From Thermoplasmatales archaeon (GTDB taxonomy: Archaea > Thermoplasmatota > E2 > UBA202 > JdFR-43), in assembly GCA_014361245.1 (NCBI GenBank), contig JACIWB010000001.1, positions 70,622 to 130,720 of the forward strand: 60,099 bases of DNA, in the 5' to 3' direction. Position numbers and translations under genes: made by a program. Below the pieces are notes generated by a model. It had not been told where the DNA came from. It saw only the letters and a list, made by a program, of their open reading frames with translations, and ran no database searches. Shown piece after piece: positions 1 to 10,146 of the stretch; the stretch's first letter is position 1; every line of letters begins with the position of its first letter.

Positions 1-2703
1 GAATTTTTCTACTGTTGAATTTTGAATTAAAACGAATTTATCATCTACTGTCTTTTTTGAATATAAAGATATTTTTGCTGTTGCATTTTTATATCCAACA
101 TTATGAACAATTATTGAAATATTGAATGTTGAATTTTCTTCAGGATTTGACGGCTCAAAAAGAACATCATCCATATTTATCCCTAAATCAGGCATTGGTT
201 CAACAATTAGATAGGTATGCCACCAGTTATTGCTCATATCCTTTTCAACAATTTCTCCTTTCTCATTTATCCTTGCAATTACTTCCCATCTCCCATTGTA
301 TTCTTCCATCCCATAACTTGCAGTCCATTCAAAATTTATTTCTTTTATTTCATTTATCTTTAATCCATTTATTGATTTAACAAACTTATAGGAGGTATTT
401 CCCTGATATATAAGTAAAGAAACATTTATTGGAGCACTTTCATTTATATCTTTTATACCGTTATTTTTTGCATAGACAGCAAAATCTAATTTTTCTCCTT
501 CCTTACAATTCTGCTGGCAATCAATTTTTGTTATAGTTAAATCAGGAGCGGTATCAACATCAATAAAAACAGTATTTTCTATTCTGTAATCCGAGCCATC
601 TACCATTATTATATCCGCCCTCCATTTCCCTGGATTATCAACAAACCTGTAAAAATTTTCTATATTCCATATTTTCCTGTCTATAGATGGCATGAATGAA
701 TAGCCAAGGTCATCAATATACACCGTATTTTCCGCCTCCTCAGCTTTTGCAACAATTTTTATTTCTATCGCGCTCACGGAGCCGCCGCTCTGACGCCATT
801 CATTTATTTTTTCCTTCGGTATATCATATCTATGCCATCTCTTGTCAGCTGTTAGTGTAGTCATTGGAATTTCAATTGATTTTGGAGAAGAGCCTGATAT
901 ATAAAGAGTATAGATAAGGGAGCTTTTTGAGTTATATTTATCAATCCTATACCAGAAATAAAGAGAGGGAATGTTTGAAAGCGGTATTTCATAGGTAATG
1001 TTTTGCTTCAAACCACATGAATCATTTGAATTAACTTTTCTATTCTGAAATTCCCATTTTCCTATATAGTTATTCAATTTTAGTTCAATTGCTCTTGCTC
1101 CAGAATTTGCAATGTTGCTTAATTTTGAACTTGCAGTCCATTCGTTATTTGAAAATAAAGCGGTTGAGTCATCTTTTTCAAAACTCGGGTCACTTATTGG
1201 CATTGAATATGATACAATTTTTCCTTCCGGAGAATAAAGAATTGCAACAACTTCATTTAATTCAGCATTGCTTTCTATTTCTATTTTGTTTATTGTGTCA
1301 TTTCCCGCTACACCTATAATATAATTTTCTTTCATCTCTTTTAGTTTTCCACTCCAGCCATGAGAGTTATTTGAAAATAAATTATATTCCAGATTTTGAG
1401 TTTCTATCCAGCAGGCATCTATATAACACAGAATTTCATGCTCTTTTGTATCAAATATTGTTGATGGAACATCTATTATAAAGGAGATGGTTGCATAATT
1501 TTTCCCCTTTAAATAAGCCGTAATATTTTTTGTTATTTCCTTCCATCCCCCAGTTGAATAGCCACTTTCAATGCTCTGTCCATCTATTGTTATTTTCCAC
1601 ATTGCATCTATATCTGATGAAAAATAAATTTTTGAATGAAGGGTATAATAGCCCAAGCCTTCATCTGGAATTTTAAAATCCTGATATAGTTTTGCATAAC
1701 TTGCTGTCCATAAATAGCCCGCTCCATAAATTCCTTTTGCATATATCCTATAGCAGTTATCCTTTTCAACAGGGTCAGTATAGTAGCTCATATTCCATTT
1801 AATTGTCCCCTCGCTTGTATTTTTCCATGAGGTTTGCCCTTCAAATTCACAATTTTTTATTCCAGAATATATTTTTCCAAAATCTCCTTCCTTAACTCCA
1901 TTTTCAACAGTGTCCCAGTATATATAATAGAATCTTCTTTCATGTGGCCTTGCCTCTCCTTCCATAACCCATATTATTGTTAGATTTGCATTTTTATACG
2001 CATCATAGTCATTTCCAAGAACAATTTCACTTCCAACAACATTTTTGACAACCCATGTATTATTTTTCAATTCATATTCAACAACTCTAACAGAATCAGG
2101 ATAAAAATTTCTTTTGGCAAAGCTCCCCGCCTGCAGTTCATATATTTTATCCATAAGTGATGTAAAGTTGATATTGCAGAAAACCACCTTATTTTCAAAA
2201 GGATAGTTTTCTCTTTCCCCAATCATTGAAACAATAAGCGGAACTCTATAATGCCACCCGCCGTCCCACCATTCCGCCTGCTCTGGCATGGGCGGGAATT
2301 GTGGATAGGATGGCTGGGCAACCTCAACTTGGAGGGTTAGGATGTTGTTATCTTCGCTGAGTTCATCTATTGTCCCTGTATAGTCAACAAATATGTATAG
2401 AGTATGCTCCCCTCTTTCTGCAAACCAGTATAATGTTTTTTCTTTTTCCTCGCTTGCGTTAATCAAAGGTATTGTTACTTCATCTACTTTGTTTGTTGAA
2501 TTATCCACAAAAAGAGCAAGGGCAATATTTTCCGCTTTCTCATTGCCTTTATTTCCAACTGTAACATTTATTCTAAGCTGGTCACCTTCATATATTTTAT
2601 CTGGAGAGTAGCGATATCTTACTATATAAAGGTCTGGTTTTCCTTGTGCATTTATAATCGGCAACGCTAACAGCATAACAACAATAAAGGCTTTTATTTT
2701 CAT
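1..2703 (-). CDS. Secreted surface protein with CARDB-like N-terminal module; partial, C-terminus runs off the window (901 codons)
   Basis: Not in the ORF track because there is no stop inside the window. The reverse complement from ATG at 2703..2701 reads MKIKAFIVVMLLALPIINAQGKPDLYIVRYRYSPDKIYEGDQ..., a signal peptide followed by a PDLxI..SP..EGD pattern typical of CARDB. I checked that the frame is open at both ends (nt 60..1 reads SKKTVDDKFVLIQNSTVEKF). Only three short plus-strand ORFs are listed across these 2.7 kb. Confidence 0.75.
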   Translation of the reverse strand, partial: MKIKAFIVVMLLALPIINAQGKPDLYIVRYRYSPDKIYEGDQLRINVTVGNKGNEKAENIALALFVDNSTNKVDEVTIPLINASEEKEKTLYWFAERGEHTLYIFVDYTGTIDELSEDNNILTLQVEVAQPSYPQFPPMPEQAEWWDGGWHYRVPLIVSMIGERENYPFENKVVFCNINFTSLMDKIYELQAGSFAKRNFYPDSVRVVEYELKNNTWVVKNVVGSEIVLGNDYDAYKNANLTIIWVMEGEARPHERRFYYIYWDTVENGVKEGDFGKIYSGIKNCEFEGQTSWKNTSEGTIKWNMSYYTDPVEKDNCYRIYAKGIYGAGYLWTASYAKLYQDFKIPDEGLGYYTLHSKIYFSSDIDAMWKITIDGQSIESGYSTGGWKEITKNITAYLKGKNYATISFIIDVPSTIFDTKEHEILCYIDACWIETQNLEYNLFSNNSHGWSGKLKEMKENYIIGVAGNDTINKIEIESNAELNEVVAILYSPEGKIVSYSMPISDPSFEKDDSTALFSNNEWTASSKLSNIANSGARAIELKLNNYIGKWEFQNRKVNSNDSCGLKQNITYEIPLSNIPSLYFWYRIDKYNSKSSLIYTLYISGSSPKSIEIPMTTLTADKRWHRYDIPKEKINEWRQSGGSVSAIEIKIVAKAEEAENTVYIDDLGYSFMPSIDRKIWNIENFYRFVDNPGKWRADIIMVDGSDYRIENTVFIDVDTAPDLTITKIDCQQNCKEGEKLDFAVYAKNNGIKDINESAPINVSLLIYQGNTSYKFVKSINGLKINEIKEINFEWTASYGMEEYNGRWEVIARINEKGEIVEKDMSNNWWHTYLIVEPMPDLGINMDDVLFEPSNPEENSTFNISIIVHNVGYKNATAKISLYSKKTVDDKFVLIQNSTVEKF

Positions 2704-2803
2704 TTTCACATTCCCTTATTAAAAAATGAATTATATAATTTATGGTTCTTGGGAAGGAAAAAGTTAAATAACAAAATATTTATATATTTGAAGACATTAT
2801 ATT

Positions 2804-2824
2804 GTTAGCAAAAAGTTAGCAAAA
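2804..2824 (+). promoter_or_regulatory. Direct repeat GTTAGCAAAA x2 (11-nt spacing) between an AT-rich TATA-like box (~2776-2790) and the GGTGG RBS of the surface operon
   Basis: Read directly: attGTTAGCAAAAaGTTAGCAAAAtggtggaaaaATG. A regulatory function is inferred only. Confidence 0.3.
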
Positions 2825-2834
2825 TGGTGGAAAA

Positions 2835-5537
2835 ATGAAAAAAGCAAAAATATTTGGGTTTGGGAATAGTGGGGTATCGGAAGTAGTTGGAACTATATTG
2901 CTTCTTGCAATCGCAATAAGCACATTCTCAGTTGTTGCAGTATATGTATTTTCAATAAATCAGCCAGAAAATACTCCAAATGTAACTCTCGTTGGATATG
3001 TAAATGAAATAGAGCATGTGGTAATAGAGCATAAGGGAGGAAAAAGCCTTGAATTGCAAAATTTGAGAATAGTTGTATGGAAAGGAGAAAAAAATAGCTC
3101 ATCATTTTCTTTTGATGAGAACGAAGAAATGGGAGAAAATGCAAAATTTTTCAAGATTAATTCAAACCATAGATGGGAAATAGGGGAATATGTTGATATA
3201 AATGCTACCGCAGTGTTTGGAAATATAACATACTGGCAGATAAGTGCAGTTATAGTTGATAAGGAAAGCAATTCAATAATTTTTTCTGGAGTACTTCAAC
3301 CAGGAGTAACAGATTATATAGTAAAGTCGGATGATGATCTGGAAAATGCCGCGGACTTTTCCTGGACGCCAAATCCAGCTTGCATCTATACTTATGTAAG
3401 ATTTATTGATCAATCAAAATATTCACAATACATAATTTCATGGAATTGGGACTTAGGAGATGGGAATACAAGTAATGAACAAAATCCAACACATACTTAT
3501 TCGAATCCATCAACATATAGAGTTACTCTGAATATAACATATCCTTCTTCAATAGTAGCTCCTGGAGTAAAAAATTGGGATACTTGTAGCAAAGATGTTT
3601 ATGTATCGGATGTTCCTATAATAAATTATAGTCCAGGAATAGCAACAACTGGCGACCCATATACTTTTTCAGTAGAGGTAATTGATTCAGATGGTGTTTC
3701 AGCAGTATATGTTGAATACTGGTTTAACGGTGGCGCGCATACAAATGGAAGTATGGAGAAAAATGGAGATGTGTGGGAATATACAATAGATGTCCCGCTA
3801 AATAGTTTAGCTCCACTTTATTATATTATTTCCGCGGAGGATACTTATCATTTCTGGAACAATACTGGAACTTTAACAACTGAAGTAAAAGATAATGACC
3901 CACCAGAAATAGTTGATTATTCTCCTTCAAGCGGAACAACAGGCGATCCATATACATTTTTAGTAAATGTTACGGACAATATAGATAGCGGAGGCAGTAT
4001 AGCAGTTTGGATAAACTGGGTTCATGGTTCAAAGGAGGGAAACAACTCCGCTAATTACATAGGCAATAACAATTACACCTTGACAATAAACTTAGACAAT
4101 AACTCAATAAATAACATGCTCTACATCATTTGTGCTATAGATTCTTCTGGAAATGCAAATTCCACAAACCAGAAGAGTGTAACAGTTTCAGATAATGACC
4201 CCCCTATAATCACAGATTACAGCTCTCAATGGGCATTCTGGAATGATGATTATATTTTTAATGCTTCGGTAGTTGATAATATAGCGGTTGCTAATGTATA
4301 TGTAACTTACTGGATAGATAATGGCTCACAAACAAATAACTCAATGAGTTTAACAGGAAACTATTACACATATACCTATCATATCACTGCAAGCGGAACT
4401 ACTTTATACTACAAATTTTCTGCAAAAGATACATCTAATAATTGGGCAGAAACAGCAATTTTCAGCAGAACATTATATTGGGGACATGTATATAATGTAG
4501 ATCAAGGCGAATGGTATAATGAAATATATGATGCAACAAAAGAGGCGAATCCAGGAGATACTATTTATGTATATCCAGGCACATATTATACACACGGAGG
4601 TGGTAATCAGGATATTGTTATAAATAAAAATGGTGTGGAACTAATAGGAGGAAGCTCACCTGATACCATAATATTGGTTAGCCAGCAGGACGGAATAACT
4701 GTTACTGCATCAAATGTTCTTATAAAAAATATTACCATGATTAAAAATTCAAATTCTCCACAAGGGAAAGAATTCAAAAAAGGAATTTATCTTAATGGAG
4801 CAAGTAATGTAACAATCGAAAATTGTAATATATCAGAAGCTGCCCAATCTGCTATTTATGTTACCGCAAGCCACGATATCCTTATAAATAACTGCACCCT
4901 ATATAAGAACTTACAGCATGGGGTTTACATAGGCGGTGGCTCATATAATGTAAATGTTTCATCTACCCACATATATCAAAATTCAGAAAATGGAATTTTA
5001 ATAGAGCAATCGAACAGCAATATTGTATATAACAACCAAATACATAATAACAGTAAAGGGGTGTATCTCTACAGAGCGCTTTATAATAACATAACTCAAA
5101 ACAATATTTACTGGAATGATATAGGAATATCCCTACAGGGAACAAATCAGGAAAAAACCAAACTAAACATTATATATTCAAATACAATTCATCACAACCA
5201 GGATGGCATCTATTTTGTAGAATACTCAACAAATAATAATATTACTTATAATACAATTCATAATAACACTCGCCTCTCTTCCATAGGATATGGAATTCGA
5301 ATAGTGTTTGCAACCAACAAAGAAAATAACCAAAATTATATTTATAAAAATAATCTAATAAACAATCAAGTAAATGGTTATGATGAATGTAACAATTACT
5401 GGGATAATGGAAGCTTTGGAAATTACTGGAGTGATTATACAGGAAGCGATGGAAATGGTGACGGAATAGGCGATACTCCTTATTCAATTCCTGGAGGAAA
5501 CAATAAAGATAATTATCCTCTCATGAATCCGATATAA
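2835..5537 (+). CDS. Giant pilin-like surface protein: archaeal class III (DUF1628-type) signal peptide, PKD domain, three Ig-like repeats, NosD-like right-handed beta-helix
   Basis: The N-terminus GNSGVSEVVGTILLLAIAISTFSVV matches the archaeal pilin N-terminal pattern (G-VSxViGxiLLvAI). A PKD motif is present (WNWDLGDGNTSNEQNPTHTYSNPSTYRVTLNI). The motif TTGDPYTF occurs in two consecutive ~100-aa modules, with a third module lacking it. Beta-helix repeats (NCxIxxN.. / NNIxxN) end in NYWSDYTGSDGNGDGIGDTPYSIPGGNNKDNYPLMNP. A GGTGG RBS precedes the ATG. Confidence 0.85.
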   Translation: MKKAKIFGFGNSGVSEVVGTILLLAIAISTFSVVAVYVFSINQPENTPNVTLVGYVNEIEHVVIEHKGGKSLELQNLRIVVWKGEKNSSSFSFDENEEMGENAKFFKINSNHRWEIGEYVDINATAVFGNITYWQISAVIVDKESNSIIFSGVLQPGVTDYIVKSDDDLENAADFSWTPNPACIYTYVRFIDQSKYSQYIISWNWDLGDGNTSNEQNPTHTYSNPSTYRVTLNITYPSSIVAPGVKNWDTCSKDVYVSDVPIINYSPGIATTGDPYTFSVEVIDSDGVSAVYVEYWFNGGAHTNGSMEKNGDVWEYTIDVPLNSLAPLYYIISAEDTYHFWNNTGTLTTEVKDNDPPEIVDYSPSSGTTGDPYTFLVNVTDNIDSGGSIAVWINWVHGSKEGNNSANYIGNNNYTLTINLDNNSINNMLYIICAIDSSGNANSTNQKSVTVSDNDPPIITDYSSQWAFWNDDYIFNASVVDNIAVANVYVTYWIDNGSQTNNSMSLTGNYYTYTYHITASGTTLYYKFSAKDTSNNWAETAIFSRTLYWGHVYNVDQGEWYNEIYDATKEANPGDTIYVYPGTYYTHGGGNQDIVINKNGVELIGGSSPDTIILVSQQDGITVTASNVLIKNITMIKNSNSPQGKEFKKGIYLNGASNVTIENCNISEAAQSAIYVTASHDILINNCTLYKNLQHGVYIGGGSYNVNVSSTHIYQNSENGILIEQSNSNIVYNNQIHNNSKGVYLYRALYNNITQNNIYWNDIGISLQGTNQEKTKLNIIYSNTIHHNQDGIYFVEYSTNNNITYNTIHNNTRLSSIGYGIRIVFATNKENNQNYIYKNNLINNQVNGYDECNNYWDNGSFGNYWSDYTGSDGNGDGIGDTPYSIPGGNNKDNYPLMNPI

Positions 5538-5538
5538 T

Positions 5539-8500
5539 ATGAGAAAGATAATAAAAAATAAATTTCTTTCATATGTTGTTACTGCGTTGTTACTGATTGT
5601 ATCATTCCCAATAATTGGGACTATATATGGAAAAGCAGGTATAATCTATGTTGGAAACGGTGGTTTCACTAGTATTCAGCAAGCAATAAATTATGCTGGG
5701 AATGGAGACACAATATTTGTTTATTCTGGAATATATTACGAAAATATTTTCATAAATAAAAATATAAAACTGCTTGGAGAAAACAAGGATGATGTAATAA
5801 TATATGGAAATGGGTTTGGGGATGTAATACATATTGAAGATTGTTCTGTGGAAATAAAAAATTTTACAATAATTAATAGTGGCGTGAATGAAGGAGATGC
5901 TGGAATAGAAATAAAATCAGCAAATAATTGTTACATTGGCGAAGTAGAGATAAAAAATAGCTATTACGGTGTTTATATAATTTCATCTGGGAATGTATTT
6001 ATTCAAAAATCCTCGATAACAAACAACTATTACGGGATATATAGTATGTTTTCTTATAATATTACTATTTCCGAAAATGAAATATTTTACAACTACAGGG
6101 ATGGAATTTACGCACAGGTTGTTGAAAATGGACAAATAATCCTTAATAAAATATCCGGCAATCTAAAAAATGGTTTATATCTAAGAGCCTCTAACAGCAT
6201 CAATATAAAAGGTAATAATATATCTTCTTCTGAAAATGGTATTTGGCTTATTTTATCAGACGAAAATAGCTTGGAGAATAATGTTATTGCAGGAAATGAT
6301 ATTGGATTGAAAATTGATGGTAGCAGTAACAACACTATATTCCTAAACAACTTTTTTTCAAATTCTATTTTCAATGCCAGAGATGATTCATCAAATTTCT
6401 ATGATAATGGAAGTGCAGGAAATTACTGGAGTGATTATACGGGAAGCGATGGAAATGGTGATGGAATAGGCGATACTCCTTATGCTATCCCGCCGGGAAA
6501 TAATAGAGATTACCACCCTCTTATGAACCCCACCATTACGGATACAATTCCTCCAAGAATTGAAAGTATTAATATCCACCCTGTGGTGCAGGAATTAAAT
6601 GGATACACCAATATAACTTCCATTGTTACAGATAATTTGGGGGTTGGGGATGTAAAGATAAATATAACTTTTCCAGATAGTACATCATTAGTTGCTGACA
6701 TGAACCAAATCTTTGGTAGTGTTTATTTTTATGTGGTTAATTGCCCTATATATGGAAATTATAGCTTTTTCATCATTGCAAATGATTTATTTAATAATAC
6801 AAACTCTTCTTTACTTTATAATTTTTCTGTTTCTCTTCCACAGGAGTTACCTAAAATATCAAATGTAAATGCCTTACCAAGCATACAGGAGTATCCAAAA
6901 ACAGTAAATATATCTTGTTATGTGAATGATAATGTAGGCGTTGGAGATGTAAAAACAATAATAAAAAGAGATGATTTTTTAGTAGGAAATTATACAATGG
7001 AAAAAATAAGCACAGATGAGAATGGAAATGGTTTATACTGCTATTATTTTACTCCTCCATACATTTCTAACTATTCCTACTACATATGGGTTGAAGACAT
7101 AAATTCAAACAAAAATAATTCATCCTATTACACTTTTTCAGTAGTTGATACAACCCCTCCTCAGATAAAAAATATTTCAATTTCTCCCGAAATAAAATTT
7201 GTAGGAGGGTATGTAAATATTTCATGCGAAATATACGATAATTATGCTGTAAATAATTCATTTGTTGAACTACATTTTCCTACTGGAGTAGTATCCAATA
7301 TATCTATGAGTAAAATAAACAACACATTTTTTATAAATCAATCTTTAGTTATAAATGGAACATATGAATTTAAAATTTTAACAAGCGATTTTTGTAATAA
7401 TTTTAACAATTCTTCAATTTATGAATTTTTTGTAACATTTCCCCCTATTGCAAACTTCACCTATGAGCCATTAAATCCAACAGATTTGGATATAATAACA
7501 TTTAATGCTTCTTCAAGCTATGATTTGGATGGCTCCATTGTTAATTATACATGGCAATTTGGAGACGGAAGCATTGCTTATGGTGAGATTGCGGAGCATA
7601 TCTATAGCAATGATGGAAATTACATAGTTAAGCTTACAGTATATGACAACGATGGAGCATACTCAAGCATTGAAAAAAATATTACTGTTTCAAATATAAT
7701 TCCCTTTGCAAATTTCACATTTCAGCCAGAAAATCCGATAGTTGGCGAGGAAGTCAGTTTTTATGATTTATCAAGCGATGCGGATGGGAGCATAAAAATA
7801 TGGGAATGGGATTTTGGGGATGGAACAAATTTATCTGGTGGAAAGGAAGAGCATAAAAATCCAAAGCATGTATATAGGAGAAATGGTATTTTCAATATAA
7901 CTCTCACTGTTTATGATGATGACTACGCAAAAAATACAACAAGCAAGCAGATAGAAGTCATAGATATATACCCTCCTTCAATAGAAAATTTATCTGTCCA
8001 TCCAAATCCTCAGGAAATAGGAAATGAAGTAAATATTTCATGTGACATTTTTGACGATGTTGAGGTCAGCGAAGCAAGAATAATCATAACCATGCCAAAT
8101 GGAAGCCAAATAAATGAAAGCATGCTACTCGCGGAAAAATATTACTACAAAATTCAGTGCAATCAGGAGGGAAATCACACCTTCTTCATTTTTGCAAAGG
8201 ACACGAGCAACAACTCCAACATCTCGCAAGCCCTTAACTTCACCATAATTGTGCCGCCTGAGCCGCCCCGCATAGAGAATGTGAGGTTGCAAAGTGTGCA
8301 GCAGTATGGCCTGCCGTTGAATATCTCATGCTATGTTTATGATAATATTGCGGTAAAGGAAACGAGGATAGTTTTTTCAGATGGCAATTTTTCAATGAGT
8401 GGAATTGTTGATGAGAAAGGAAACGGCATCTATTATTACAATTCAACATTTGATATGGGTTTGCATGCATTTTATATATATGCAGAAGATATAAATGGCT

Positions 8501-10146
8501 TCTTTAATATATCTACAAATTATTCATTTGAGATTATCGATACTCTGCTTCCGGAAATAAAAAATCTGATTTTTGAGGAAATCTGCCAGCCAGAAGAAGT
8601 TAATATATCATGCAATGTTTTTGATAATAGAGGAATAAAGGAAGTAAAGATAAATATAAGTGGAATTGAAAAAATTATGAATGGATACGGAAATCTATTT
8701 TATATAAATGAAAATCTATCAAGCGGAAACTATAGTTTTTACATAATTGCTGAAGATTTATCAAATAATAAAAATTCAACTTCCTATTACTCTTTCATTG
8801 TTACATATTTTCCAGTTGCAAATGATGATCATGCAATAACTGATGAAGACACTTCGATTTATATAGATATAACATCAAATGACTATGATATAGATGGAAG
8901 CATAAATGAAAGCAGTGTAACAATAACCCAGAATCCGTTTCATGGAAGCGTAAATGTTTATTCAAATGGAACAATTAAATATACTCCAGATGAAGATTAT
9001 TACGGCATAGATTCATTCAAATATAAGGTAAAGGATAATAGCAATGCTTGGAGCAATGAAGCATGGGTAAATATTACAATAAACAGCATAAATGATGTTC
9101 CTGTTGCAGATTTTGAATGGGAACCACTGAATCCAAAAATTAATGATACAGTCTATTTCTTTGATTTAAGTTATGATTTGGATGGCTTCATTGTTAATTA
9201 TACATGGGAATTTGGAGACGGAAACATAAGTTATGAAAAAAATTCAACTCATAGATATAATAGCGGAGGAAATTACATTGTGGTTTTAACTATAAAGGAT
9301 AATGAAGGGAAGAATTCAACAATTTCGAAAGAAATTTACATAAGTGAAGAAATTTTGATTGCAAACTTTACAATATTGAATGAAAATCCTTGTTCAAAAG
9401 AAGAAATAAGTTTTTTTGATTTATCATATGGTGCAACTTCATGGCTATGGGATTTTGGAGATGGAAGCATAAGTTATGAAAAGAATCCAAAGCATGTTTA
9501 TCAGATAGGAAGTTATTATAATGTAACCCTTACTATTTTTAATGGAAGCAGAAACGCAAGCATATCAAAAATCATACAGGTAGGAACAAAAATAGAAATA
9601 GTAAAAAACGAGAAAAATGTTGTTAATTATCTACCATGGTTTGGGAATGAAAAAAAAGCATCTGAAATTGCTGAAATTATAGGAGGTGAGATAATGCCAA
9701 ATGGAAGTGTTATAAGCAAATGGAATGTAAGCAAGGGAGCATTTGATAGCTATATAGTTGGTATATCCCCTCCTTCTTATGATTTTATGGTTTATCCCTA
9801 TGATGTAATTGTGCTGAGAGTTGCAGAAAGTGGATATTTTATAGAGGATGCATTTCCTGTAACAAGCAGAATTGTCAATGTTACAAAAAATGAAAATAAT
9901 GTGGTAAATCATTTTTCATGGAGTGCTTTTTATTCTGTAAATGCTTCTCAAATTGCTGAAATTATAGGAAGTGAGATAATGCCAGATGGAAGCGTGATAA
10001 GCAAATGGAATGTAAGCAAGGGAGCATTTGATAGCTATATAGTTGGTATATCTCCTCCTTCTTATGATTTTATGGTTTATCCTGGAGATACAATTGTTTT
10101 AAGAGTCGCAATAAGTGGTGAATTTTTGATTGAGGTGATAAAATGA
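5539..10146 (+). CDS. Giant (1535 aa) surface adhesin-like protein: signal/TM N-terminus, NosD-like beta-helix, ~8 Ig-like repeats, several PKD domains, cadherin-like module, duplicated C-terminal ~95-aa domain
   Basis: The beta-helix segment ends in NYWSDYTGSDGNGDGIGDTPYAIPPGNNRDYHPLMNP, nearly identical to the same segment in the upstream gene. PKD motifs are WQFGDGS, WDFGDGT, WEFGDGN and WDFGDGS. The cadherin-like module reads ANDDHAITDEDT..ITSNDYDIDGS. The start lies 1 nt after the upstream stop. Confidence 0.85.
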   Translation: MRKIIKNKFLSYVVTALLLIVSFPIIGTIYGKAGIIYVGNGGFTSIQQAINYAGNGDTIFVYSGIYYENIFINKNIKLLGENKDDVIIYGNGFGDVIHIEDCSVEIKNFTIINSGVNEGDAGIEIKSANNCYIGEVEIKNSYYGVYIISSGNVFIQKSSITNNYYGIYSMFSYNITISENEIFYNYRDGIYAQVVENGQIILNKISGNLKNGLYLRASNSINIKGNNISSSENGIWLILSDENSLENNVIAGNDIGLKIDGSSNNTIFLNNFFSNSIFNARDDSSNFYDNGSAGNYWSDYTGSDGNGDGIGDTPYAIPPGNNRDYHPLMNPTITDTIPPRIESINIHPVVQELNGYTNITSIVTDNLGVGDVKINITFPDSTSLVADMNQIFGSVYFYVVNCPIYGNYSFFIIANDLFNNTNSSLLYNFSVSLPQELPKISNVNALPSIQEYPKTVNISCYVNDNVGVGDVKTIIKRDDFLVGNYTMEKISTDENGNGLYCYYFTPPYISNYSYYIWVEDINSNKNNSSYYTFSVVDTTPPQIKNISISPEIKFVGGYVNISCEIYDNYAVNNSFVELHFPTGVVSNISMSKINNTFFINQSLVINGTYEFKILTSDFCNNFNNSSIYEFFVTFPPIANFTYEPLNPTDLDIITFNASSSYDLDGSIVNYTWQFGDGSIAYGEIAEHIYSNDGNYIVKLTVYDNDGAYSSIEKNITVSNIIPFANFTFQPENPIVGEEVSFYDLSSDADGSIKIWEWDFGDGTNLSGGKEEHKNPKHVYRRNGIFNITLTVYDDDYAKNTTSKQIEVIDIYPPSIENLSVHPNPQEIGNEVNISCDIFDDVEVSEARIIITMPNGSQINESMLLAEKYYYKIQCNQEGNHTFFIFAKDTSNNSNISQALNFTIIVPPEPPRIENVRLQSVQQYGLPLNISCYVYDNIAVKETRIVFSDGNFSMSGIVDEKGNGIYYYNSTFDMGLHAFYIYAEDINGFFNISTNYSFEIIDTLLPEIKNLIFEEICQPEEVNISCNVFDNRGIKEVKINISGIEKIMNGYGNLFYINENLSSGNYSFYIIAEDLSNNKNSTSYYSFIVTYFPVANDDHAITDEDTSIYIDITSNDYDIDGSINESSVTITQNPFHGSVNVYSNGTIKYTPDEDYYGIDSFKYKVKDNSNAWSNEAWVNITINSINDVPVADFEWEPLNPKINDTVYFFDLSYDLDGFIVNYTWEFGDGNISYEKNSTHRYNSGGNYIVVLTIKDNEGKNSTISKEIYISEEILIANFTILNENPCSKEEISFFDLSYGATSWLWDFGDGSISYEKNPKHVYQIGSYYNVTLTIFNGSRNASISKIIQVGTKIEIVKNEKNVVNYLPWFGNEKKASEIAEIIGGEIMPNGSVISKWNVSKGAFDSYIVGISPPSYDFMVYPYDVIVLRVAESGYFIEDAFPVTSRIVNVTKNENNVVNHFSWSAFYSVNASQIAEIIGSEIMPDGSVISKWNVSKGAFDSYIVGISPPSYDFMVYPGDTIVLRVAISGEFLIEVIK
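9592..10143 (+). repeat. Tandem in-frame duplication, period 285 bp (95 aa), at the 3' end of the 1535-aa gene
   Basis: The anchor aaattgctgaaattatagga occurs at 9665 and again at 9950. Cores of ~135 bp are nearly identical (IMPNGSVISKWNVSKGAFDSYIVGISPPSYDFMVYP in both copies). Confidence 0.9.
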
